Part shown: positions 1 to 7,601 of the stretch, in pieces
How positions within the stretch are numbered: the first letter of the stretch is position 1
Layout: every line of letters starts with the position of its first letter
Sequence record: OZ374642.1
DNA length: 32,000 nt
Direction: 5' to 3' (one strand)
Notes under the pieces: generated by a model
Databases searched by the model: none
What the model saw: only the letters and a program-made list of their open reading frames with translations
Told to the model about the DNA's origin: nothing
Program-made: the position numbers and the translations under genes

Positions 1-1
1 A

Positions 2-1021
<1,020 letters not shown>

Positions 1022-1033
1022 AAATAGATTTTT

Positions 1034-1110
1034 ATAAGATAAACCACCCGCTACGGCTGAAAAGACGAAGGTTTTTTTGGCTAGGGTGGTGGATTTTATA
1101 TTTATCTTAT
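1034..1110. repeat. composite imperfect inverted repeat 12 nt after the cox1 stop (family B arms ATAAGATAAA / TTTATCTTAT)
   Basis: Left arm ATAAGATAAACCACCC (1034-1049). Right arm GGGTGGTGG...TTTATCTTAT (1084-1110). Confidence 0.8.
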
Positions 1111-1115
1111 GGAAG

Positions 1116-1155
1116 GAGGGCAACGTAATTGGAATAAATCCAACTCGTTGCTCTC
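1116..1155 (-). repeat. family A hairpin element (TTGGAATAAATCCAA at 1129-1143) at the apex of a longer stem
   Basis: GAGGGCAACG (1116-1125) pairs with CGTTGCTCTC (1146-1155) at 9 of 10 positions. The reverse complement of the left flank reads TCCAATTACGT. Confidence 0.85.
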
Positions 1156-1157
1156 GT

Positions 1158-1170
1158 GGACTTTATGTCC
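1158..1170. repeat. family D hairpin GGACTTTATGTCC
   Basis: Stem GGAC/GTCC, loop TTTAT. The 12 nt GACTTTATGTCC recur at 9503-9514 in the intron core. Confidence 0.8.
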
Positions 1171-1242
1171 CTAAAATGAAAATTATTTTGGTGTAATCTT
1201 CAGGTCATGGGCCTGATGAGTACTTTCAAACAATAAAATAAA

Positions 1243-2421
1243 ATGATTCAAAAAGAACTAAAGAATTTTACCCTCAACTTTGGTCCTCAGCACCCGGCTG
1301 CTCACGGAGTTCTTCGTTTAGTTTTAGAAATGAACGGAGAGGTTGTAGATCGCGCAGACCCTCACATTGGTCTTCTCCATAGAGGGACAGAGAAGCTTAT
1401 TGAGTATAAAACATTCATGCAAGCTTTACCGTATTTTGACCGTTTAGACTATGTGTCTATGATGTGTCAGGAGCACGCGTATTCTTTAGCGATTGAAAAA
1501 CTTTTAAATGCCGAGGTTCCTTTACGTGGCCAATATATTCGTGTTCTCTTTTCTGAGATTACTCGTCTTTTGAATCACCTGTTAGCTCTTACAACACACG
1601 CGATGGATGTTGGAGCTTTAACACCTTTCTTATGGGCTTTTGAAGAGCGTGAAAGGCTAATGGAATTCTATGAAAGAGTTTCAGGAGCTCGCCTTCACGC
1701 AGCATATGTACGCCCAGGTGGAGTATCTCAGGATCTGCCCCATTCTCTTTGTGAGGATATTTATCAGTTTGCTCAATCATTCGGATCTCGTATCGATGAA
1801 ATGGAAGAGCTTTTAACTGCTAACAGAATATGGAAACAGCGTCTTGTTAATATTGGTGTTGTTACCCGTCAAGAAGCACTTGATTGGGGATTCACGGGTG
1901 TAATGCTTCGTGGTTCAGGGGTTGAATGGGATTTACGTAAGTCACAGCCTTACGATGTTTATGACCGTATGGATTTTGATATTCCAGTAGGGACTCGTGG
2001 AGACTGTTATGACCGTTATCTTATTCGTGTAGAAGAAATGCGTCAATCTTTACGTATTATTTCTCAGTGCCTTAACCAAATTCCTGATGGTCCTTTCAAG
2101 ACAGACGACTATAAACTAAGTCCTCCGTCAAGAACAGACATGAAGGAAAGTATGGAGGCTCTTATCCACCACTTTAAACTATATACAGAAGGTTTCCACG
2201 TCCCTAAAGGGGAAACATATACTTCTGTTGAAGCACCTAAAGGAGAATTTGGTGTTTATCTTGTATCTGATGGAACAAACAGACCTTATCGTTGTAAAAT
2301 TCGTGCTCCAGGGTTCTATCACCTTCAAGGGTTAGACTTTATGAGCCGTTATCACATGTTAGCGGATGTTGTTACAATCATTGGTACACAAGATATCGTC
2401 TTTGGTGAAGTAGATCGTTAA
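1243..2421 (+). CDS. nad7: NADH dehydrogenase subunit 7 (49-kDa / NuoD)
   Basis: 392-aa ORF with ATG start and an A-rich leader. NuoD signatures: [63 protein letters not shown] stop. Confidence 0.97.
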   Translation: MIQKELKNFTLNFGPQHPAAHGVLRLVLEMNGEVVDRADPHIGLLHRGTEKLIEYKTFMQALPYFDRLDYVSMMCQEHAYSLAIEKLLNAEVPLRGQYIRVLFSEITRLLNHLLALTTHAMDVGALTPFLWAFEERERLMEFYERVSGARLHAAYVRPGGVSQDLPHSLCEDIYQFAQSFGSRIDEMEELLTANRIWKQRLVNIGVVTRQEALDWGFTGVMLRGSGVEWDLRKSQPYDVYDRMDFDIPVGTRGDCYDRYLIRVEEMRQSLRIISQCLNQIPDGPFKTDDYKLSPPSRTDMKESMEALIHHFKLYTEGFHVPKGETYTSVEAPKGEFGVYLVSDGTNRPYRCKIRAPGFYHLQGLDFMSRYHMLADVVTIIGTQDIVFGEVDR

Positions 2422-2428
2422 GTAAAGG

Positions 2429-2446
2429 GCATAAAGTCGTTTATGC
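2429..2446 (+). repeat. hairpin GCATAAA-GTCG-TTTATGC, 7 nt after the nad7 stop
   Basis: 7-bp perfect stem read directly. It is embedded in the post-stop motif TAAAGGGC.TAAAGTC.GTTT, which also follows nad5. Confidence 0.8.
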
Positions 2447-2542
2447 TTTATTGGCGGCCCCATATCCCGTATTTTTTATGGATTTTGCATCCATAATCCT
2501 GGTATACCCCCTAAAGAGAGAAGTTCTTTTAAACTTTTCCGG

Positions 2543-2632
2543 GGGGAGGTGGCTGAGCGGTCGAAAGCGCTGGTTTGCTAAACCAGTTTACATTCTTTTC
2601 TTGTAACGCGGGTTCGAATCCCGTCCTTCCCG
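2543..2632 (+). tRNA. trnS(gcu): tRNA-Ser (anticodon GCU)
   Basis: Cloverleaf with acceptor GGGGAGG/CCTTCCC and anticodon arm CTGGT-TTGCTAA-ACCAG. 21-nt long variable arm. T arm GCGGG-TTCGAAT-CCCGT. No encoded CCA. Confidence 0.93.
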
Positions 2633-2720
2633 TAAAAAGGTTTTGGGACCCCGCTCCAAAGACTCCGACCAATAAGACAAGTCTTATTTAAATATTCATG
2701 ACATTTAATAAAACTTATAA

Positions 2721-3071
2721 ATGCCTTCAAAAGAGTCTTCTCTTTATCAGGTCAAGTTGAAACTAACTTGTAGTGATCTTGCACTACTTCAAAGATTTGA
2801 AGAAGAGTTAAAGTCTTTCCTTGACGAAACTTCATCTTATACATTTTTACGTTTACCGACACGAAGTCACTTGAAAACAGTTCTTCGATCGCCTCACGTA
2901 AATAAAAAATCCCGTGAACATTTCGTCCTTGATGTTCATACTTCAAGTTATACTATTATTGATCCTTCGAATTATTGTATTAGAGGCTTATTAAAGCGTT
3001 TAAAGAAATGGTCAGGAGGTGAATATCTTTTAACTTTCTGTGAACGTTACGGAAGAAGGAATAGACTTTAA
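2721..3071 (+). CDS. rps10: ribosomal protein S10
   Basis: 116-aa ORF. The S10 core LRLPTRSHLKTVLRSPHVNKKSREHF is present. ATG start, TAA stop. Confidence 0.9.
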   Translation: MPSKESSLYQVKLKLTCSDLALLQRFEEELKSFLDETSSYTFLRLPTRSHLKTVLRSPHVNKKSREHFVLDVHTSSYTIIDPSNYCIRGLLKRLKKWSGGEYLLTFCERYGRRNRL

Positions 3072-3097
3072 GGGGGAATCCCTTCTCCTCCGTAAAA

Positions 3098-3170
3098 GGG
3101 TAATTAGCTCAGTTGGTAGAGTACCTCGCTTACAACGAGAATGTCAGCGGTTCGAGTCCGTTATTACCCA
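3098..3170 (+). tRNA. trnV(uac): tRNA-Val (anticodon UAC)
   Basis: Acceptor GGGTAAT/ATTACCC, D arm GCTC-AGTTGGTA-GAGT, anticodon loop CTTACAA, T arm AGCGG-TTCGAGT-CCGTT. 73 nt. Confidence 0.92.
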
Positions 3171-3181
3171 GTTATAGGGAT

Positions 3182-3253
3182 TGGAGTATAGCCAAGCGGT
3201 AAGGCGTCGGTTTTTGGTATCGAGATTCAAAGGTTCGAATCCTTTTACTCCAG
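3182..3253 (+). tRNA. trnQ(uug): tRNA-Gln (anticodon UUG)
   Basis: Acceptor TGGAGTA/TACTCCA, anticodon arm TCGGT-TTTTGGT-ATCGA, T arm AAAGG-TTCGAAT-CCTTT. 72 nt. Confidence 0.92.
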
Positions 3254-3256
3254 GAA

Positions 3257-3306
3257 TGGACTAAAGTCCCGAAATGGACTTTATCCCAAAGTCCAGGAAA
3301 GTCCAT
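3257..3306. repeat. cluster of family D hairpins filling the trnQ-trnA spacer
   Basis: TGGACTAAAGTCC (3257-3269). ATGGACTTT (3274-3282) pairs with AAAGTCCAT (3298-3306). Confidence 0.8.
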
Positions 3307-3313
3307 CAATATG

Positions 3314-3328
3314 TTGGATTTATTCCAA
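3314..3328 (+). repeat. family A hairpin element TTGGATTTATTCCAA
   Basis: Exact consensus, followed by CTACGT. Confidence 0.9.
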
Positions 3329-3347
3329 CTACGTGTGAAGATTAATA

Positions 3348-3419
3348 GGGGATGTAACTCAACGGTAGAGTATATGCTTTGCAAGCATGAGGTTACCGGT
3401 TCAAATCCGGTCATCTCCA
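3348..3419 (+). tRNA. trnA(ugc): tRNA-Ala (anticodon UGC)
   Basis: Acceptor GGGGATG/CATCTCC, including the G3:U70 alanine identity pair. Anticodon arm TATGC-TTTGCAA-GCATG, T arm ACCGG-TTCAAAT-CCGGT. 72 nt. Confidence 0.94.
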
Positions 3420-3451
3420 TAAATTACAACCCCATTCATTTTATCATTATT

Positions 3452-3475
3452 CTAAGAGAGTAGCGAGTACCCCAT
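3452..3475 (-). repeat. family C element (reverse complement of ATGGGGTACTCGCTACTCTCTTAG)
   Basis: 24 of 24 nt identical to 14538-14561, in inverted orientation. Confidence 0.9.
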
Positions 3476-3477
3476 AA

Positions 3478-3564
3478 GGATAGATGTCTGAGTCTGGTTT
3501 AAGGTATCGGTCTTGAAAACCGAAGGGCCTCAAAGCCCCGGGGGTTCGAATCCCTCTCTATCCG
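3478..3564 (+). tRNA. trnS(uga): tRNA-Ser (anticodon UGA)
   Basis: Acceptor GGATAGA/TCTATCC, anticodon arm TCGGT-CTTGAAA-ACCGA, long variable arm AGGGCCTCAAAGCCCCG, T arm GGGGG-TTCGAAT-CCCTC. The D stem is weak. Confidence 0.88.
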
Positions 3565-3572
3565 CTAAAATT

Positions 3573-3615
3573 CTCTTTATTTGCGAACCCATACCGATCT
3601 CGTATAAATAAAGAG
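3573..3615 (+). repeat. hairpin with 10-bp perfect stem CTCTTTATTT/AAATAAAGAG and 23-nt loop, between trnS(uga) and trnfM
   Basis: Read directly. The loop contains CCCATACCGATCTCG. Confidence 0.8.
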
Positions 3616-3618
3616 GCC

Positions 3619-3692
3619 TGCGGGATGGAGTAATTGGTTAACTCATCAGGCTCATGACCTGAAGATTGTAGGTTCAAGTCCTACTCCCGCAT
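3619..3692 (+). tRNA. trnfM(cau): tRNA-Met (anticodon CAU), initiator-like
   Basis: TGCGGGATGGAGTAATTGGTTAACTCATCAGGCTCATGACCTGAAGATTGTAGGTTCAAGTCCTACTCCCGCA. Good cloverleaf. From memory, it resembles bacterial tRNA-fMet overall (GCGGGG-UGGAGC...GGGCUCAUAACCCGAAG...GGUUCAAAUCC). The initiator versus elongator assignment is inference. Confidence 0.85.
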
Positions 3693-3721
3693 TTTTATGC
3701 CAAGTACTAAATTTTGGAATT

Positions 3722-4468
3722 ATGAAAGAACTGCCATTCTTTATCCATTTTAATGAATTAAAGCTTCGGCTTTCTTTTTTCTTCTTAAGTGTGTTTTTAT
3801 GCCTCTGTGTTTCTTTTCTGGATCCAATGTGTGTTCTCTTTATACTTATAAAGCCATTATGGATTCATATACAAGGTCCTTTATTATTTACACACCCTTT
3901 AGAAGGAATACATGCTTCCTTAGGTGCTCAAGGCATACTAGCTTTTCTTTTTTCTTGGCCTCTCTTAATTTACCACTTTTGGTCTTTTATGAGCTCAAGC
4001 CTTTATCTTTATGAGAAAAAAGTATTAAGCTTTCTTCTATCCGTCTTTACTTTTATCTTTATATTTGGGTTCTGCTTCTTTTATAGCAGTTTGTTGCCCT
4101 TTTTCTGTAAATTCCTAATAAGCTACTCTTCATGGTTTGCTGTTTTAGAGCCTAGAGTTTTAGATTATGTCTTATTCTTTGTTAGGTTCTTCTTAACTCT
4201 TTTATTTTTCTTTACTATTCCTTTTGTTGTCTTTTTCATTTGTATTCAAACAGGAAAAGACCCTAAGTTTTTAGAAGGGTTAAGGTCTTGGGCTTTTGTT
4301 TTTAGCGCTTTATTAGGCGCTTTACTTTCGCCACCAGAAATAACAACACAGGTTGTCATTGGTTTAGGCTTTTACCTTTGGTATGAGATCTTAATCATGG
4401 GTATGTGGATATATTGGATAAAAGTAGGAGGAGAAGAAGACCGCCCTTTCAAGCGAATAAAATCATAA
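3722..4468 (+). CDS. tatC: Sec-independent (twin-arginine) translocase subunit TatC (MttB / ymf16)
   Basis: 248-aa, very hydrophobic F/L-rich ORF with several predicted membrane spans. The C-terminal LLGALLSPPEITTQV motif is typical of TatC. ATG start, TAA stop. Confidence 0.85.
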   Translation: MKELPFFIHFNELKLRLSFFFLSVFLCLCVSFLDPMCVLFILIKPLWIHIQGPLLFTHPLEGIHASLGAQGILAFLFSWPLLIYHFWSFMSSSLYLYEKKVLSFLLSVFTFIFIFGFCFFYSSLLPFFCKFLISYSSWFAVLEPRVLDYVLFFVRFFLTLLFFFTIPFVVFFICIQTGKDPKFLEGLRSWAFVFSALLGALLSPPEITTQVVIGLGFYLWYEILIMGMWIYWIKVGGEEDRPFKRIKS

Positions 4469-4491
4469 AATAATTAGAATAAAATCCTCGA

Positions 4492-5229
4492 ATGAACTCA
4501 TCGATCAAAAAAGATAGTTATTCAAAAAAACCAAAAAGTATTTCAAACAAAAACCTAAGTTTGACTTCTGTCTTAGAAACAGGGGGGCATCTTGGGAGAC
4601 CTCAAGTTCATAGAAGCCAAAGAACCTTGTGTATTGGGCAGAAGAATGGATTTTGGGTCTACGATGGAGAAATTATTAAGCAAAGTCTCCAAGTAAGTTA
4701 TCTTTATTTAAAATACTTTATGGGAAAGCAAGGGCCTATCCTTGTTATAAATCAAGAGGATTCCTTGAAAGAAGGTGTCAAAGTTTTTTGTGAAAAGTTA
4801 GGATTCTATCACATGCAAGAAAAGTGGATGGGAGGTTTACTAACAAATTGGGGACAAGCTAAGAAGCAAAGAACACATTTCCTCAAAGTACAAGAAACTC
4901 ATGGTGAACTTTTAGAGAAAAATAAGGATAGACCTTACCTAAAAGTAAAAAATCGTTTTAAAGGCTTAGAAGGGATGCCTGGCCGCCCTTCTTTATGTAT
5001 TATACTTGATATTCAGGATAGTGAATACGCTTTTAAAGAGGCTTTAAAACTAAAAATCCCTGTTATGGCTTTTGTGAATACAGATGATGATTTGAATGGA
5101 GTAAGTCTTCCTATCTTTGGTGCGAATAAATCACTAAAATGGGTTAGATGGGTCTTTAATCTTTTCCTTTATTGGTATGACAAAGATGAGAAAAAAGGTT
5201 GGGTGAAAGAGAATAAATCAAGGAAGTAA
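4492..5229 (+). CDS. rps2: ribosomal protein S2
   Basis: 245-aa ORF with S2-like blocks: LLETGGHLGRP (cf. bacterial LKAGVHFGH), WMGGLLTNW, and LDIQDSEYAFKEALKLKIPVMAFVNTDDDLNGV (cf. [32 protein letters not shown]). Confidence 0.9.
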   Translation: MNSSIKKDSYSKKPKSISNKNLSLTSVLETGGHLGRPQVHRSQRTLCIGQKNGFWVYDGEIIKQSLQVSYLYLKYFMGKQGPILVINQEDSLKEGVKVFCEKLGFYHMQEKWMGGLLTNWGQAKKQRTHFLKVQETHGELLEKNKDRPYLKVKNRFKGLEGMPGRPSLCIILDIQDSEYAFKEALKLKIPVMAFVNTDDDLNGVSLPIFGANKSLKWVRWVFNLFLYWYDKDEKKGWVKENKSRK

Positions 5230-5231
5230 GA

Positions 5232-5822
5232 ATGAGAAGACGTAATCTATTTAAACTATTTACAGACGCAGGTTGTGTCTTTGTGGCCGATAAGAAAGGT
5301 CAACGTGGTATGATACGTGCCCAAGAACGTCACCGTAATCTTCCAGGATATCCTTGGAAAGATACTTTAGGGTTTAAACTCTTTTTCCTCAACCTTAGAA
5401 TCTTTAGAGCTATCTATGGGTTTATAAAGAAGAAAACTCTAAGGCGAATAGCAAAGAATTCTAATAGAATTTCATTCCTACGTGAATTAGAAAGTCGTGT
5501 TGATATTATTCTTTGGAGAAGTGGATTGGTTCCTAATATTTGGAAAGCAAGGCAGTTAATTCGCCATGGCCATATAAACTTAAATAAATTGAAAGTTTCT
5601 GAGGCAGGGGTTGTTCTTCTTCCTGGAGATGTGTTAGAAATTAGTGGTAAATACAAAAGCAGCCAAAAATACCCTTTAACATCAAAGATCTTCAGTAAAA
5701 AACCAGAACACCTTGAAATTGATTATGCATCTTATCGATTAGTATACCTTTTCCATCCGGATAAATTTTGGTATCCTGGTCGATTTGATTATGACTACGT
5801 GTGGAAAGGGCTTATAGTTTAA
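5232..5822 (+). CDS. rps4: ribosomal protein S4
   Basis: 196-aa ORF starting 2 nt after the rps2 stop. S4 RNA-binding domain RVDIILWRSGLVPNIWKARQLIRHGHINLNKLKVSEAGVVLLPGDVLEI. The last 5 codons and the TAA stop lie inside trnI(CAU). Confidence 0.9.
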   Translation: MRRRNLFKLFTDAGCVFVADKKGQRGMIRAQERHRNLPGYPWKDTLGFKLFFLNLRIFRAIYGFIKKKTLRRIAKNSNRISFLRELESRVDIILWRSGLVPNIWKARQLIRHGHINLNKLKVSEAGVVLLPGDVLEISGKYKSSQKYPLTSKIFSKKPEHLEIDYASYRLVYLFHPDKFWYPGRFDYDYVWKGLIV

Positions 5823-5881
5823 TTGGTTAAAACTGACCGCTCATAACGGTCACAATGCAGGTTCAAGTCCTGCTGGGCCTA
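5808..5881 (+). tRNA. trnI(cau): tRNA with anticodon CAU, probably tRNA-Ile (lysidine type) rather than Met
   Basis: Acceptor GGGCTTA/TGGGCCT (three G:U pairs), D arm GTTT-AATTGGTTA-AAAC, anticodon arm GACCG-CTCATAA-CGGTC, T arm GCAGG-TTCAAGT-CCTGC. From memory, the 5' half GGGCTTATAGTTTAATTGGTT and the 3' end GGCCTA resemble plant-mitochondrial and bacterial tRNA-Ile(CAU). Confidence 0.85.
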
Positions 5882-5933
5882 TAATAAGGGGTATAACTTA
5901 TTAAGAAAGAATACAAATATACGGATTAAAATA

Positions 5934-5956
5934 AATCATGAAATCTATTCATGATT
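5934..5956 (+). repeat. hairpin AATCATGAA-ATCTA-TTCATGATT
   Basis: 9-bp perfect stem, immediately upstream of a family A element. Confidence 0.8.
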
Positions 5957-5960
5957 TTTG

Positions 5961-5975
5961 TTGGATTTATTCCAA
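5961..5975 (+). repeat. family A hairpin element TTGGATTTATTCCAA
   Basis: Exact consensus, followed by ATATGT. It ends 6 nt before trnH. Confidence 0.9.
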
Positions 5976-5981
5976 ATATGT

Positions 5982-6055
5982 GGCGAGTATAGCTTAAATG
6001 GTTAAAGTATCAGGTTGTGGTTCTGGTGATACGAGTTCAATTCTCGTTACCCGCC
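5982..6055 (+). tRNA. trnH(gug): tRNA-His (anticodon GUG) with genome-encoded G-1
   Basis: G-1 lies opposite discriminator C. Acceptor GCGAGTA/TACCCGC has one A:C mismatch. Anticodon arm TCAGG-TTGTGGT-TCTGG, T arm ACGAG-TTCAATT-CTCGT. Confidence 0.9.
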
Positions 6056-6147
6056 TTACCCGGGATGACCGTTGAATGTACGGTAAAAGCTTCGTGTAAA
6101 AAAATCTTTTCAATGCGATGAGATTTGGATTTCTTAAAGAGAAGACA

Positions 6148-6189
6148 ATAAAAGGTTAAAAAAATACCTTTTATTGGATTTTATATCCA
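6148..6189 (+). repeat. two adjacent hairpins: ATAAAAGGT-TAAAAAAAT-ACCTTTTAT and TGGATTTTATATCCA (family A relative)
   Basis: 9-bp stem at 6148-6174. TGGA/TCCA stem at 6175-6189. Confidence 0.75.
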
Positions 6190-6264
6190 TTTAAATAAAA
6201 TTTAAGGGGAATATACCTTGAGTTTTACAAAAAATCAAAACATGATTCATTTAAGATAATTAAT

Positions 6265-6744
6265 ATGGCAAATAATCTTGAATACGCTCTTTCAAAAGTA
6301 GATGACCTAGTCCACTGGGCCCAGAAGGGATCTATGTGGCCAATGACATTTGGTTTAGCTTGCTGTGCAGTAGAAATGATGCACGCGGGAGCAGCTAGAT
6401 ACGATTTAGACCGTTTCGGAATCATCTTCCGACCAAGTCCTCGTCAATCAGATGTAATGATCGTTGCAGGTACATTAACTAATAAGATGGCTCCAGCCCT
6501 TAGAAAGGTTTACGACCAAATGCCTGACCCTAGATGGGTAGTTTCTATGGGTAGTTGTGCTAACGGTGGAGGATACTATCACTATTCTTATTCTGTTGTG
6601 CGTGGGTGTGATCGTATTGTTCCGGTCGACATTTATGTCCCAGGATGCCCTCCAACAGCGGAAGCTCTTCTTTATGGACTTCTACAGTTACAGAAGAAGA
6701 TGACTCGTAACAGAGGTACAGTTGTATGGTGGGAATCTAATTAA
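6265..6744 (+). CDS. nad10: NADH dehydrogenase subunit 10 (PSST / NuoB)
   Basis: 159-aa ORF containing [79 protein letters not shown]. These are the NuoB Fe-S (N2) cysteine motifs. Confidence 0.97.
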   Translation: MANNLEYALSKVDDLVHWAQKGSMWPMTFGLACCAVEMMHAGAARYDLDRFGIIFRPSPRQSDVMIVAGTLTNKMAPALRKVYDQMPDPRWVVSMGSCANGGGYYHYSYSVVRGCDRIVPVDIYVPGCPPTAEALLYGLLQLQKKMTRNRGTVVWWESN

Positions 6745-6803
6745 GATTTTTCTTATATTATGATTCGTCTTAAAAGGGGGATTTTCTTCTCCTTTTAAGG
6801 AGT

Positions 6804-6875
6804 GTTCGGGTAGCTCAGGGGTAGAGCAAAGGATTGAAAATCCTTGGGTCGGTGGTTCAAATCCACTCCTGGACA
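6804..6875 (+). tRNA. trnF(gaa): tRNA-Phe (anticodon GAA)
   Basis: Acceptor GTTCGGG/CCTGGAC, D arm GCTC-AGGGGTA-GAGC, anticodon arm AAGGA-TTGAAAA-TCCTT, T arm GGTGG-TTCAAAT-CCACT. 72 nt. Confidence 0.93.
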
Positions 6876-6877
6876 TA

Positions 6878-6892
6878 TTGGAATAAATCCAA
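6878..6892 (-). repeat. family A hairpin element (TTGGAATAAATCCAA)
   Basis: Starts 2 nt after the trnF 3' end. The reverse complement of the left flank reads TCCAATATGT. Confidence 0.9.
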
Positions 6893-6915
6893 GCAAGAAA
6901 GGTTCCTTTATTTGA

Positions 6916-6986
6916 GGCTAGATAACATAATGGCAATGTATTGGATTGCAAATCCTGTAATGGCGGTTCGATTCCGCCTCTAGCCT
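6916..6986 (+). tRNA. trnC(gca): tRNA-Cys (anticodon GCA)
   Basis: Acceptor GGCTAGA/TCTAGCC, anticodon arm TTGGA-TTGCAAA-TCCTG (one mismatch), T arm GGCGG-TTCGATT-CCGCC. 71 nt. Confidence 0.9.
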
Positions 6987-7009
6987 TCAACAAGCCTTCC
7001 TTCAGGTAC

Positions 7010-7023
7010 TAAGATTTATCTTA
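7010..7023. repeat. family B palindrome TAAGATTTATCTTA, plus a half copy at 7031-7040
   Basis: Stem TAAGA/TCTTA, loop TTTA. Located between trnC and rps13. Confidence 0.85.
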
Positions 7024-7075
7024 TAGGATGATTTATCTTAGAAGGCGCCTTAAGAAATAAATTGATAAAAAACCC

Positions 7076-7435
7076 ATGGCTTATATTGCAAACGTATATC
7101 TTGAAGAAAGAAAGTTTGTTTACAAAGCACTCCAAGACATTCGCGGTATTGGTGAGACAAAAGCTCAAGATATCTGTGCTAAGTGTGGCTTAGGACTTAA
7201 TGTTAAAATTGGTTCACTTACATCTAAAGAAATAAGTCTTTTAGCAAAGGAAGTTGATATCATCGACAAAGTTGAAACTAAGCTTACTAGGAAAGTACAA
7301 GAAGATATTAAGCGTCTTGTTAGAATTAAAGCTTATCGAGGCAGACGTCATACACAGAATCTACCCTGTCGTGGTCAACGAACTCACCGTAACGCCCAAA
7401 CACGAAAAAGGTTTGATTGGCGAAGTATGGGTTAA
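7076..7435 (+). CDS. rps13: ribosomal protein S13
   Basis: 119-aa ORF with ALQDIRGIGETKAQDICAKCGL and IKAYRGRRHTQNLPCRGQRTHRNAQTRK, typical of S13. Confidence 0.95.
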   Translation: MAYIANVYLEERKFVYKALQDIRGIGETKAQDICAKCGLGLNVKIGSLTSKEISLLAKEVDIIDKVETKLTRKVQEDIKRLVRIKAYRGRRHTQNLPCRGQRTHRNAQTRKRFDWRSMG

Positions 7436-7457
7436 TGGGTTTTGTTGGGTTTCATTA

Positions 7458-7472
7458 TTGGAGTAAATCCAA
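7458..7472 (-). repeat. family A hairpin element, variant TTGGAGTAAATCCAA
   Basis: 22 nt after the rps13 stop. The same variant occurs at 18678. Confidence 0.85.
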
Positions 7473-7524
7473 CCCCAATTTTGTGTGAGGTTTGTCTTAC
7501 ATAATAATTTATCATTCTAATAAT

Positions 7525-7598
7525 GGCGGAATAGTTCAGCTGGTCAGAACAGCAGAATCATACTCTGAAGGTCGGGGGTTCAAATCCCTCTTCCGCTA
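7525..7598 (+). tRNA. trnM(cau): tRNA-Met (anticodon CAU), elongator-like
   Basis: Acceptor GGCGGAA/TTCCGCT (G1:U72), D arm GTTC-AGCTGGTCA-GAAC, anticodon arm GCAGA-ATCATAC-TCTGA, T arm GGGGG-TTCAAAT-CCCTC. 74 nt. Confidence 0.88.
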
Positions 7599-7601
7599 TA
7601 A

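Noticed and set aside
3295-3304. AGGAAAGTCC, identical to the core of RNase P RNA conserved region CR-I (P4)
   Set aside because: The spacer between trnQ and trnA is only 94 nt. No CR-V partner (ACAGAA..CGGCUUA-like) is present nearby. The motif is also explained as an arm of the GGAC...GTCC hairpin family. An rnpB gene is therefore not supported here.
3172-3420. Minus-strand ORF of 82 aa
   Set aside because: It runs antisense through trnQ and trnA and the repeat-filled spacer between them. tRNA cloverleaves explain the sequence.
6688-6993. Minus-strand ORF of 101 aa
   Set aside because: It is antisense to the nad10 3' end, trnF and trnC. It shows no coding signal.
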